From positions 63,302,001 through 63,366,000 of the forward strand of contig NC_043005.1 in NCBI RefSeq assembly GCF_006345805.1: 64,000 nt of DNA, in the 5' to 3' direction. Both the position numbers and the translations under genes were made by a program. Below are positions 63,996-64,000 of the stretch, in pieces. The notes under the pieces are model-generated. The model was not told the DNA's origin. It saw nothing but the letters and a program-made list of their open reading frames with translations, and ran no database searches. Origin of the DNA: Octopus sinensis (Eukaryota). Numbering within the stretch: the first letter of the stretch is position 1; every line of letters starts with the position of its first letter.

Positions 63996-64000
63996 GATGC

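Overview
AT-rich, microsatellite- and transposon-dense eukaryotic DNA. It is most likely an octopus or other coleoid cephalopod (inferred from recalled SINE and RTE families, not from a database search). No complete host gene is visible; there are only a few short candidate exons, the best pair on the minus strand at 57937-57989 and 53481-53543. Three structures dominate. (1) Two nearly identical, oppositely oriented RTE LINE insertions (488-5234 minus, 8567-11399 plus) whose 3' UTRs are amplified into tandem arrays, together forming a multi-kb inverted repeat. (2) A near-complete Penelope-like element (PLE; 43903-52298, minus) with RT and GIY-YIG domains, direct and inverted pseudo-LTRs, and a minimal hammerhead ribozyme (HHR) in each pLTR. 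(3) A non-coding 780-bp element (54084-54862) with two intact HHRs 490 nt apart, resembling a retrozyme or mini-PLE. At least four distinct minimal type I HHR families, plus decayed relics, occur across the window. All four have a self-complementary stem III, the intact ones are on the minus strand, and most abut (TA)n. The rest is decayed mariner/Tc1, hAT, Helitron, RTE and R4-type LINE fragments, tRNA-derived SINEs, MITEs, minisatellites and short local duplications. Coordinates were read by eye and may be off by a few bases.
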